Of a DNA stretch of 64,000 nt, positions 1-9,431 are shown in pieces. Below the pieces are notes generated by a model. It was not told the origin of the DNA. It saw only the letters and a program-made list of their open reading frames with translations, and did not search any database. The first letter of the stretch is position 1. Each line of letters starts with the position of its first letter. The stretch comes from a virus. The stretch covers positions 64,325 through 128,324 of the IMG/VR virus record IMGVR_UViG_3300032246_001967. The stretch is one strand, 5' to 3'. The position numbers and the translations under genes are program-made.

Positions 1-318
1 AAATTATTAACAGGTAAAGATGAAAAAGCAATAGAATCAGAATTAGAAGGTATTAAAAAAATCAACAAAGACAACATTCCAGAATTAACTACTCGTTTTA
101 AACAAATGATTATAGCTATTGATGGTAATCCTGATAAAAAAGTAATTCGTGATTTTGTTGATAATGCTTTTTTAGCTAAAGATTCAAGAGAATTTAGAAA
201 ATACATTTCAGATTTCCAACCGGATATTGTTACTAAAACTACAATAGAAACAGAAGACGGTCTTGAGGAGGAGATCGATATACCTATTGGTCTTAGCTTT
301 TTTTGGCCTGAGTCTTAA
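1..318 (+). CDS. Tail/baseplate hub assembly chaperone (T4 gp26-like), 5'-truncated by the window edge
   Basis: Frame open from base 1; ends IPIGLSFFWPES; lies just upstream of the tape measure gene. Confidence 0.6.
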   Translation, partial: KLLTGKDEKAIESELEGIKKINKDNIPELTTRFKQMIIAIDGNPDKKVIRDFVDNAFLAKDSREFRKYISDFQPDIVTKTTIETEDGLEEEIDIPIGLSFFWPES

Positions 319-592
319 TAATGCTCCTGAAGTAAGAAAAGATTTATTCTTACAAATTCATGATATTTGTTTTTGGAGTCAAGGAGGTTATGATTTCAAT
401 ACTGTTTATAATTTACCTATATGGATTAGAAAGTTTGTATTAGCACAGTTAAAATCTCATTATGACAAAACCAATAATAATGATGAAGCTAATTATAATA
501 AAACTATACAAGTTTTAAAACAACACAATCAAGAAAACCCATTACCTCCAAATCAAAAATTATTATATAAATCAGGGGCATCTAAAAAATGA
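263..592 (+). CDS. Second tail chaperone segment (gp51/G-T like), probably expressed by frameshift from the upstream gene
   Basis: Overlaps the upstream ORF at a T7 run (298-304); motif GYDFNTVYNLPIWIRKF resembles chaperone C-terminal segments; precedes TMP. Confidence 0.55.
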   Translation: MRRRSIYLLVLAFFGLSLNNAPEVRKDLFLQIHDICFWSQGGYDFNTVYNLPIWIRKFVLAQLKSHYDKTNNNDEANYNKTIQVLKQHNQENPLPPNQKLLYKSGASKK

Positions 593-598
593 TGCCCT
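575..598 (+). terminator. Hairpin between chaperone and tape measure genes
   Basis: GGGGCATC-taaaaaat-GATGCCCT inverted repeat over the stop codon; weak U-tail. Confidence 0.45.
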
Positions 599-602
599 TA
601 AA

Positions 603-610
603 TATTTATA
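603..610 (+). promoter_or_regulatory. TATTTATA motif (putative late promoter), representative copy
   Basis: Exact or 1-2 mismatch copies at 603, 3113, 10740, 11465, 14986, 19017, 19629, 25489, 28543, 34075, 39804, 40562, 44032, 56772, 58163, 59787, 61530, 62687, each shortly before a start codon. Confidence 0.65.
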
Positions 611-614
611 ATAT

Positions 615-3104
615 ATGGCCAAAGAGGATCCAAAAAAGCTGTTAAGAGAAGTAGGTGAAGAAGCACTTTCTATCCAAGAAAGTATTAATTCATTGTCTGG
701 TGCTTTAAATAAAAATTTAAAAGAATTTAACAAAGTTACTGGAGATACTCAAAAGATATTTAATAATGCTTTAAATACAAGTACTAATTTAGGAAAACAA
801 TTATCCGAAATTAATGCTAATTCTTTAAAAAATTCAAAAGAAAGAAAATCTCTTGAAGATCAATTGATTAAAAGTGCTAAAGAAATAACATCTTTAGAAA
901 GACAAAGAGATCAATTTATGAGAAAAGCCCAAACAGCAAGAGGGGCAGAACAAAAATCATTACTAAAAATAGCAGAACTTTTAGGAGATGCTGTTATTTA
1001 TTCTAAAGAACAAGTAGCAAATGCTGAAAGATTAAATAAAGTTTATGTTGATATAGAAAAAAATCTAGGTCTTACTGGTAAAATATTAGATGGTATTAAT
1101 AAAATTCCTATTTTAAATAAATTTATTGATACTAAAAAAGCATTAGAAGCCGCTAATGAAGAAGCATCTAAACTTACTGGTAATAGATGGAGTGTAATGA
1201 GTGCTGCTTTAAAATCTTTAGGTTCATCATTAAAGAAAAATTTAACTGATCCTTTAGTTTTAATAGGAGCAGCTGGTGGGTTATTATCTACTATAGTAAA
1301 ATTATTTAATGAATTTGATAAACGAGCTATAGATATAGGTAGAAATTTTGGTACAACACCTGAAAATGCTAGAAAAACTGCTCAAGAATTTAAAAGAATA
1401 TCAGCAGATTCCGCTAATTTATTATCTACAACCACTAATTTAACTGAATCTTTTAATGATTTAAATTCTGTTGCTGGTACTTATGCTAATTTTACTCAAG
1501 AAACATTAGAAGCTTATAATGATTTAGTTAAAGGTGTAGGAATAAGTAAAGAAGCGGCTTTAGCACAATATAAAATTTCAGTCTTACAAGGTAAAAACTT
1601 TAAAGATATAACGGTTCAAATAACAGGACAAGTAGCATTACAAAAATCTCAAAATAAAATTGCTTTAAGCGATAAAGAGATTATGGAGTCAATTGCTAAA
1701 ACTACTGCTGTTCAAAGATTAAATATTAAAGGAGGAGCAGAAGGATTAGTAAGATCAGTTATTGAAGCTAAAAAATTAGGAGCAGAATTTAACCAATTAG
1801 ACGCGGCGGCAAGTAGTTTATTAAATTTTGAAGATTCTATTGGTGCTGAATTAGAAGCTGAGTTATTAACTGGACAAAATCTTAATTTAGAAAAAGCAAG
1901 AACTTATGCTTTAAATAATGATATAGCAGGATTAGCAAAAGAAATAACTAATCAAGGCATTACAGCTGAAAAATTCAGTAAAATGAATCGTATTCAGCAA
2001 GAATCTATTGCTAAATCATTAGGTTTCCAACGTGACGAATTTGGTCAGATGTTGGAAAACCAAGAAATGTTAAATGCTGCTAATAAATTAGGCGCTAAAG
2101 ATGTAAATGACTTAGCAGCTCAATATGCTAAAGCAGCAGATAAAGAAGCATTTTTATCTAAACTTGGAGATGATAAATTAAAATCTCAAGTACAAAATAT
2201 TACTTTCCAAGAAAAATTAAATAATTTACTAGAAAAAGCAAAAGATATTTTTGTTACTCAATTAGAACCTTTATTTACTAGTATATTAAACGGATTTGAT
2301 AAATTTATTAAAAACGGAGGTATTAATAAGATAGCTGATATTGCTAAAGGCGTAGCTAATTCTTTTATGTCTATTGGTAAATTTTTAGTTGGTCCTGTAG
2401 GTAAAATATTAGGTGGTTTAGCTGCTTTTGGAGCTCTTAAAATGTTAGTAGGAGGTATTCCTGTTAGAGTGATAGGATCAGGCCCAATGGGTGGTGGAGG
2501 AGGTAGTGGATTTATGAGTAATTTTTACAATGCAGGAACAGTAACCTCAAAATCAGGCCAAACATTTTCAGCAAATTCACCTCAAGGAAAGATGATTATG
2601 AATATGAGTGGTCAAAAACCTGTAGGAAGAGGTTTAACAGGAATGGGTGCTGGTATGTTAGGATTAGGAGCAACATTAGCCGGACAAGCAATAGGTGGTA
2701 CAAGTGGAAATATATTATCAGCAACTGGACAAGGAGCAATGATGGGTTCTATGTTTGGACCAATGGGTGCTTTAGTTGGTGCAGGATTAGGACTAGCAGG
2801 ATCGGGAATTTCAGCTTATTATGAACATCAAAATGCTTCATCGGCTGCAGCCTCTTATGCTAAAGATAAAGAAGGTCCCGCAGCTTCTAGAATTAGACAA
2901 AGAAGAGAAGCAATGGCTTCTACTAACGCTATGGATTCTTATTATGAATCTTTAACTGGACATAATGGGGGTGGTGAAGGAATTGAAAAAACAAATATGC
3001 TTTTAGAAAAATTAGTTTCTCAAACTGAAAAAGGAGGAGTAATTAATATTGATGGAAACAAAGCAGGTACTTATCAAGCTAGAGCTATTTATGGACAAGC
3101 TTAA
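615..3104 (+). CDS. Tail tape measure protein
   Basis: 829 aa, helical Ala/Lys/Leu-rich, Gly-rich hydrophobic C-terminal region, position after the chaperone pair. Confidence 0.8.
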   Translation: MAKEDPKKLLREVGEEALSIQESINSLSGALNKNLKEFNKVTGDTQKIFNNALNTSTNLGKQLSEINANSLKNSKERKSLEDQLIKSAKEITSLERQRDQFMRKAQTARGAEQKSLLKIAELLGDAVIYSKEQVANAERLNKVYVDIEKNLGLTGKILDGINKIPILNKFIDTKKALEAANEEASKLTGNRWSVMSAALKSLGSSLKKNLTDPLVLIGAAGGLLSTIVKLFNEFDKRAIDIGRNFGTTPENARKTAQEFKRISADSANLLSTTTNLTESFNDLNSVAGTYANFTQETLEAYNDLVKGVGISKEAALAQYKISVLQGKNFKDITVQITGQVALQKSQNKIALSDKEIMESIAKTTAVQRLNIKGGAEGLVRSVIEAKKLGAEFNQLDAAASSLLNFEDSIGAELEAELLTGQNLNLEKARTYALNNDIAGLAKEITNQGITAEKFSKMNRIQQESIAKSLGFQRDEFGQMLENQEMLNAANKLGAKDVNDLAAQYAKAADKEAFLSKLGDDKLKSQVQNITFQEKLNNLLEKAKDIFVTQLEPLFTSILNGFDKFIKNGGINKIADIAKGVANSFMSIGKFLVGPVGKILGGLAAFGALKMLVGGIPVRVIGSGPMGGGGGSGFMSNFYNAGTVTSKSGQTFSANSPQGKMIMNMSGQKPVGRGLTGMGAGMLGLGATLAGQAIGGTSGNILSATGQGAMMGSMFGPMGALVGAGLGLAGSGISAYYEHQNASSAAASYAKDKEGPAASRIRQRREAMASTNAMDSYYESLTGHNGGGEGIEKTNMLLEKLVSQTEKGGVINIDGNKAGTYQARAIYGQA

Positions 3105-3133
3105 TTTTAAAATATTTATAACAAAATAAGATT

Positions 3134-3406
3134 ATGGGAATTAAAGATTTATTAATAATTAACGGATCAAGTTTAACAGCATATGATGGTAAAACACCAC
3201 ATATAAATCCTTTAGCTACAGGATATTCAATATTACATGCTGATGGAAACAAACCAGGATATTCTTTAAACGGATCTAATTTTAATAAGGTTAATTCTTA
3301 CTATAATAGCTATTTAGACGGTGCTGTTAATAATTTACCTAGACCTTCACAATTAGATTTAGACGGAAAAACCCCATCAAGATATTTAGATAATCTACCA
3401 GAATAA
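3134..3406 (+). CDS. Hypothetical virion protein
   Basis: 90 aa ORF with TATTTATA upstream, in the tail module. Confidence 0.55.
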   Translation: MGIKDLLIINGSSLTAYDGKTPHINPLATGYSILHADGNKPGYSLNGSNFNKVNSYYNSYLDGAVNNLPRPSQLDLDGKTPSRYLDNLPE

Positions 3407-5043
3407 TGTCTTTAAAAAACCTATTAACAGATTTACAGTCTTATTATCAAGATTATACTTTTTCCCAAAAGTATCCTGCTAACTCTGAATATGCTACAAA
3501 ACCACAAGCAATAGCAGAAGGTACTTTTGACCAAAAAAGTATACCTTACGGTTTTGATAGACCTGGAGGAGGTTGGAGTGGGCAACCTTTTATAACTGTA
3601 CCTTTTAAAGATAGTTTTGGATTACCTTTAGAGGATATAGGAGGTGTTGGATTAAATAATGATTTATTTATTAGAGGTGGAGCATCAGTAGCTAAACATA
3701 TTAAAGATGATGAAATAAGAATTGGTAAATTTTTAAAATCAACTCAAGGTGTATTATTTGCTGCTCAACAAAATTTATTAATAAAATCTTCACCTGTAAA
3801 TCTTCCATTAGATATATATCCTGTTGAAGTTTATAACCCTCTTAATACATTAACTCAAATAGCAGGAAATGCTTTTGGAAATCATACTAATAAATTAGGT
3901 TTAAACCCATTTTTATATGATTTACCTCATGGACAAGGACAAAATTCATATTTAGTTAAAACAAAAGATAAATATAATAAAGATAATACAAACCGTTTAA
4001 CTTTATTGTATCAATCTAAAATTCAACAAGTTAAAACATCTTCTAATGTAAAGGTGTCTAATGATTTTGGTATTAAATTTAATGATGATGATTTTATTAT
4101 TAATACTACTTTAGTAAATATTAATAGAGCCACAAACACTACTTTAACAAACCAAAAAATATTAAATTCTAATTATCCAACTTCTAATTTTAGTACTTTT
4201 ACTTCTAAAACTTTATCTAATACTAGTCCTAAGCAAAGTGGTCCTACTTATATAGCTACAAATACTGGCATTAAGGATTTTAGAACAGCAGTTCCTGAAT
4301 CAACTAAATTTACAAGTTTCTTAGCTAAAGGAAATTACTCTATCAATAACAGACAATCTACTTTTGGAATATCTGATCCAGGACTTAAAAATAAAGACGT
4401 ATCAGATATATCTTCTTTATCTTCAGGTACTCCTGATGATAAAATCAATATATCTTCAATATATAAAAGTTCTGTTGTGTCTTCATCATTATCTGATTCT
4501 GATTTAATACCTTTTTATTTTCAAGTAGTAAATAATGATGATCCTTCTCAATATGAATTTATTCATTTTAGAGCATATTTAGATAATTTTAATGATAATT
4601 TCACAGGAAACTGGCAGTCATTCAAATACTCAGGTAGAGGTGAAAATTTTTACATATATGATGGTTTTCAAAGAAATATTAGTTTTGGATTTACTATAGC
4701 TATAGAATCAAGAGCAGAACAATCTCCTCAATACCAAAAAATAAATTACTTAGCTTCATTAACAGCTCCTGATTATGCTCAAAATAGTGGGTTTATGAGA
4801 GGATGTTTTGTTAAAATGACTGTTGGGGATTATTTAATCCAAGTACCCGGATTTTTAACATCAGTTAATTATACTATTGCTAATAATATACCTTGGGACA
4901 TAGCTAGAGGAGTAAATGGTAAATTATTAACAAACGCTAAAATATTACCTACAGTTATTTCTGCTAATGTTAGCTTTACTCCTGTTCATAGTTTTGTACC
5001 TAAAAAAGGTGCTGATTTTATTTCAACTAATAATGCTGTATAA
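3406..5043 (+). CDS. Baseplate / tail-tube-initiator-like protein
   Basis: C-terminal FRAYLDNFNDNFTGNW...GRGENFYIYDGFQRNISFGF segment typical of contractile tail tube-initiator domains; synteny. Confidence 0.55.
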   Translation: MSLKNLLTDLQSYYQDYTFSQKYPANSEYATKPQAIAEGTFDQKSIPYGFDRPGGGWSGQPFITVPFKDSFGLPLEDIGGVGLNNDLFIRGGASVAKHIKDDEIRIGKFLKSTQGVLFAAQQNLLIKSSPVNLPLDIYPVEVYNPLNTLTQIAGNAFGNHTNKLGLNPFLYDLPHGQGQNSYLVKTKDKYNKDNTNRLTLLYQSKIQQVKTSSNVKVSNDFGIKFNDDDFIINTTLVNINRATNTTLTNQKILNSNYPTSNFSTFTSKTLSNTSPKQSGPTYIATNTGIKDFRTAVPESTKFTSFLAKGNYSINNRQSTFGISDPGLKNKDVSDISSLSSGTPDDKINISSIYKSSVVSSSLSDSDLIPFYFQVVNNDDPSQYEFIHFRAYLDNFNDNFTGNWQSFKYSGRGENFYIYDGFQRNISFGFTIAIESRAEQSPQYQKINYLASLTAPDYAQNSGFMRGCFVKMTVGDYLIQVPGFLTSVNYTIANNIPWDIARGVNGKLLTNAKILPTVISANVSFTPVHSFVPKKGADFISTNNAV

Positions 5044-5354
5044 TGGAAAGATATATTAATACTACTGTAAACGTTACTTCAAACCAATCAAGTATTATTA
5101 CTTCTTATTTAGGAGTAAAATATCCTGAAATCCCTTATTCAGATACAGATATTTATGTTTATACTACTATAGGAGATAGATTAGATAAATTATCTCAACA
5201 GTATTATAATTCAACAGAATATTATTGGGTAATAGCATCTGCTAATCCTGATGTAGGATTAAATTCATTATATATTCCTGAAGGAACTCAAATTAGAATC
5301 CCAATTAATTTAAATAATATAATTTTAAGTTTTAAACAATTAAATAATCAATAA
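5043..5354 (+). CDS. LysM-like baseplate protein (gpX/gp53-like)
   Basis: GDRLDKLSQQYY...YWVIASAN...GTQIRIP pattern. Confidence 0.7.
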   Translation: MERYINTTVNVTSNQSSIITSYLGVKYPEIPYSDTDIYVYTTIGDRLDKLSQQYYNSTEYYWVIASANPDVGLNSLYIPEGTQIRIPINLNNIILSFKQLNNQ

Positions 5355-5355
5355 T

Positions 5356-8300
5356 ATGGCTAATATTATAGGAGAAGTTTTTGATGAATATGTTAAAAAT
5401 CAAATAAATGAGCGACAATTTAATTTAGGATTAAATTTAGCAACAAATGATGATTCTTTAAACCAATGGAAGTTTAATAACTCAGCATGGGTTAGAATGG
5501 TTTCATCAGTAGATATAAGCTCAGAAAAAGCTTCTGAATTAAAACTATCAGGTTATGAAGGTTCTAAATTAGCTAAAAATTTTATTTTATATAATGGTGT
5601 TTCTTCTGTAACAGGAAGTAATGATGATCTTTATTTTAATCCTTCAACTAATAACTCTGAATATTTTATTAATAATAAAGATTTTTCAATAAAAAATTCT
5701 TATGGGTTTGGTGGTTTAAATCAAGGTATTAGACCTATGCCTGGTATTGACTCTGTAAAAGTAGGATACATTAATAGAGGTTTTTTAGCTCAAGTAGAAA
5801 TTGAAATTACAGCTTTTAATAGAGAACAATTATATATTTTAGATGCTTTATTTATGCATCCAGGATATACTTTTTTATTAGAATGGGGTCATACACGTTA
5901 TATAGATAATAACTCAAAAGAAATTATTCATATTGACCCAACTAGTTTAATTACACCTGCTTTTTCAAAACTATTTCAAACTAAAAATATAAATTCATAT
6001 GATATTCTTAATTCCATCAAAAACGAAAGAGAAGTAAGATCAGGAAATTATGATGGACAGTTTTTAGTAGTTAAAAAATTTAAATACACATATCAACCTA
6101 ATGGTACTTATAAAATCTCTATTACTGGAGTAAACCAAGGTGATATTATAGAAAATTTAAAAATTAATACTGTTGATGCTCAACGAGCTTCTTCAACAAG
6201 ACAAAAAGCATTAGATAAACAAACAAGAGATAAAAAAATACAAGAATTAACTAATGAACTTAATCGTTTAAATGGTTACTTTGATAAAAATGGAGTTATA
6301 AATTCTGCAGGAAAATTAGCAGCAGCAGACGCAGCTAATAAAATAGCTCAAGAATTAACAAATACAGCCACTTCAGAACCAAATTTAAATCAACCATCTC
6401 CTAATAGATCTTTAAGGTTATATGATGAAAACCAGGTCCAAAGTGATAATTTAGGACGTAATTCATCTGCTGTAGCGAAACAAACTCAAGAAGCATCAAT
6501 AGCTAACTATGTTTTAATTACTGAAACATGGAAAAAAAGACAATTAGAAATAGATTCTGAAATACAAAATTTAACTGGTGAAAATTTATTAGCAGATAAT
6601 TTAGTTGAAAGATACGCTGGTAAATCTAAATTAAATAAACAATTATCTTTTTGGAGAGCAACTTGTAATAAAGAAAAAGAAAATCTTCCAGATGGGGTAT
6701 ATGGTATAAAAACTCAAAAATATCAACCCCCATCTCAAAATAACGAAAGTTCAGGAGGTGGAAAACAATACACAGATTACTCTATGTATTATATTCGTTT
6801 AGGTTCTTTATTAAATTGGATTAAAAATAATTTGTTATTATATGATAAAACTATTTCTAATCCTTATGTAAATATTGATACTAATTATAATACAAATTTT
6901 TGTTTGCATTTTCCTAAACAAGTATCTGCTAATCCTAATATATGTGTTATACCTGTTAAAGATGGAAATATAGCTAGAAAAACGGTTAATGAAGTTAGTG
7001 CTTCAAATAGTACTTTACCTGTTGAATCTTCAACAATATCCTCTGTTAGTAATAGTTCTGATATTTTTTATGGTGCTCTTCCATCAGAATTTTCATTAGT
7101 TACTTCTCCTAGTTCAAGTAAAATTATAGATGAATCATTTTTACATAGTGCCCATGTTGGAAAATTAATGTATATTGATGTAAATTTAGATTTTATAGCA
7201 GCTACAGTTAATGATAATATTGATGAAGATGGAAACTTATCTTTAATATCTTTTTTAAAAGAATTATTAAAAGGTATATCTGCTGCTTTAGGCTATATAA
7301 ACAACTTTGAAGTAATATATGATAGAGAAAACAATCAAATAAAAATATTTGATAATAATGTTTTAAAATACTCAGACCTAATTACTAAAACAGTTCAAAT
7401 ATCTGAATTTGTAGTTAACGGATTTGAAAATTTCAATTTAGGCGATTCAGCTAATCCACAGTATTCTTTATTTGGTAGTTTTATAGAATCAGTAGATTTT
7501 ACTACTGAGTTAAGTAACAATTTTTCTAATATGGTAACAGTAGCTTCTCAAGCTGATACTAATGTATTAGGTATGGACGTTACTGGATTCACTAGATTTA
7601 ATAAAGGTTTAGAAGACAGAATTATTAAAACTAAACAAACTATTGAAGAAATTAATAACAACGGAAATGGTTTATCTGAAGAAGAATTAAGTAAATTATT
7701 AACTACTGCTAAAGAAATAGTTAATGAAATTTGGGGTTTATTTAATATAAGTGAAAGTGATATTGATATTCTTATGTCTTTAAATAGAGACATAGCTAAT
7801 TTTTATGTAAACAAAGCAGCCAAAAAAGGAACTATTCCATCACCATTAGTTATTCCTTTTAATCTATCATTAAAAATGATGGGTATTTCAGGAATGAGAA
7901 TACTTGAAAGATTTAATGTTGATACTAAAATTCTTCCTCCTATGTTTGATAATAACAAGTATAATTTTATTGTTAAAGCCATAACTCATGAGATTGTCAA
8001 TAATAAATGGAATACTATTTTAGAAAGTCAAGTTATTAACAAAGATAATTCTGGAGATAAAGATGAACCTATTTCTAACATTCAAAGAGAATCATTCCAA
8101 GCTAGAATAAATACAGGTAAATGTCCGTCTTGGGCACCTAAAAACGGTGGCACCCCAGTTCTATTAACACCTAACCAAATAATCTTATCATCATTGAAAG
8201 ATTCTGGATATATTACTACTGCTGATTTTGATAGTTTTAAATCTTCAGCATCACCTGCAGTTAAGTTTGCTTCTATTATAGCAACTCAAGAAGGATATGG

Positions 8301-8778
8301 AAAAACATCAACTCTAGGATATAGAAATAATAATCCTGGTAATATAGTAGGATCAGGAAATGCTGGTTCTGAAACTAAAATTATAACAAGAGGTACAAAA
8401 CCTGAAAAATATACCTACGCGAAATATAAAACTAAAAAAGACGGTTGGGATGCTTTAATAAATAAATTTGTTCAAAGTTGGATTAACCAAGGTAATTTAT
8501 TACCTTATACTGGTTGTACTTTATATCCTGATTGTTTTAAAGATCAAGATAATACTTATTTTAAACAAAATAATATTCCTATAATTGAAGGAACATCATA
8601 TAATTATAAAGCAAAACAAACACCAACATTACGTCAATATATTTATCAATTCTGTCCTCCATCTGCTACTGGAACTGATACAACAAATGGATATATAGCT
8701 AATGTTTATAAAAGTTTAAAAAGTTTTGGATTAGATATTAAATCTATAGATGAACCTATGACTAATTATATAAAATAA
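5356..8778 (+). CDS. Baseplate hub protein with C-terminal lysozyme-like domain
   Basis: 1140 aa; follows the LysM protein; C-terminal EG...RNNNPGNI motif seen in virion muramidases. Confidence 0.6.
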   Translation: MANIIGEVFDEYVKNQINERQFNLGLNLATNDDSLNQWKFNNSAWVRMVSSVDISSEKASELKLSGYEGSKLAKNFILYNGVSSVTGSNDDLYFNPSTNNSEYFINNKDFSIKNSYGFGGLNQGIRPMPGIDSVKVGYINRGFLAQVEIEITAFNREQLYILDALFMHPGYTFLLEWGHTRYIDNNSKEIIHIDPTSLITPAFSKLFQTKNINSYDILNSIKNEREVRSGNYDGQFLVVKKFKYTYQPNGTYKISITGVNQGDIIENLKINTVDAQRASSTRQKALDKQTRDKKIQELTNELNRLNGYFDKNGVINSAGKLAAADAANKIAQELTNTATSEPNLNQPSPNRSLRLYDENQVQSDNLGRNSSAVAKQTQEASIANYVLITETWKKRQLEIDSEIQNLTGENLLADNLVERYAGKSKLNKQLSFWRATCNKEKENLPDGVYGIKTQKYQPPSQNNESSGGGKQYTDYSMYYIRLGSLLNWIKNNLLLYDKTISNPYVNIDTNYNTNFCLHFPKQVSANPNICVIPVKDGNIARKTVNEVSASNSTLPVESSTISSVSNSSDIFYGALPSEFSLVTSPSSSKIIDESFLHSAHVGKLMYIDVNLDFIAATVNDNIDEDGNLSLISFLKELLKGISAALGYINNFEVIYDRENNQIKIFDNNVLKYSDLITKTVQISEFVVNGFENFNLGDSANPQYSLFGSFIESVDFTTELSNNFSNMVTVASQADTNVLGMDVTGFTRFNKGLEDRIIKTKQTIEEINNNGNGLSEEELSKLLTTAKEIVNEIWGLFNISESDIDILMSLNRDIANFYVNKAAKKGTIPSPLVIPFNLSLKMMGISGMRILERFNVDTKILPPMFDNNKYNFIVKAITHEIVNNKWNTILESQVINKDNSGDKDEPISNIQRESFQARINTGKCPSWAPKNGGTPVLLTPNQIILSSLKDSGYITTADFDSFKSSASPAVKFASIIATQEGYGKTSTLGYRNNNPGNIVGSGNAGSETKIITRGTKPEKYTYAKYKTKKDGWDALINKFVQSWINQGNLLPYTGCTLYPDCFKDQDNTYFKQNNIPIIEGTSYNYKAKQTPTLRQYIYQFCPPSATGTDTTNGYIANVYKSLKSFGLDIKSIDEPMTNYIK

Positions 8779-9383
8779 TGTACTTTCCAAAGAATAAAAT
8801 AAAAACAGGATTATATGCTAATAAGGGAGAATTTGTTTATTTAGACAATTTTGTACCTTATAATGGTTTTTACTACTCTTTATATAATGGTAAATTTTTT
8901 GAAGGTAAATCACCAACCAAAAACAATAAAGAAATCATTCCAGCTTCAAAAATAGACCAAAATAATAATATAAGTACTTTAGGTACCGAACAATCATCTC
9001 CAGGATATTCAGAAACAACTAATACCGCGTTTATTATTCCAACAGGTGAAACACAAATTGTACCTGTATTCTATTACCCTCAACCAACAGAACAAGACTA
9101 TCAAACAGGACAATTTCTAAGATACTTTTGTAAAAAAACAAATGAACCTAAATTTTTAGAAATAAATAAAACAGATTATGATAGTTTAACAAATAAAGAT
9201 CCAAAATATGTTTATTCATTGTATCAACCTTTTTATTTATTTTGGTATATAACAGGAACAAATAGAAAAGAAACTGCTACTATAAATAAAAGAGTTACTT
9301 TACGTTATGAAAAACTTTTACAACTGCCTGGTTTAGATAAATTTATAGAATCTATAGGTGGTTATGACAAATTTTATAAATAG
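8778..9383 (+). CDS. Hypothetical (baseplate-associated) protein
   Basis: 201 aa ORF coupled to the hub gene (TAATG). Confidence 0.55.
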   Translation: MYFPKNKIKTGLYANKGEFVYLDNFVPYNGFYYSLYNGKFFEGKSPTKNNKEIIPASKIDQNNNISTLGTEQSSPGYSETTNTAFIIPTGETQIVPVFYYPQPTEQDYQTGQFLRYFCKKTNEPKFLEINKTDYDSLTNKDPKYVYSLYQPFYLFWYITGTNRKETATINKRVTLRYEKLLQLPGLDKFIESIGGYDKFYK

Positions 9384-9384
9384 T

Positions 9385-9413
9385 TTGGTTTTGTAAACCT
9401 ATTATGCTATATT
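9385..9413 (+). promoter_or_regulatory. TTGG-N19-TATATT promoter (Bacteroidota -33/-7 like), representative copy
   Basis: TTGG at 9385, 11875, 13888, 15695, 19922, 21404, 22068, 23741, 26063, 27615, 29271, 30695, 34306, 57249, 58742, 59762, 60369, 60533, 62328, 62906, each with a 19-nt spacer to TATATT (TAGATT at 23741, TAAATT at 62328). Confidence 0.8.
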
Positions 9414-9431
9414 AATAGTATAATTAAGGTT

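Noticed and set aside
263-297. ATG at 263 as the true start of the second chaperone ORF
   Set aside because: The N-terminal MRRRSIYLL looks like off-frame sequence; frameshift entry at the T7 run is more plausible
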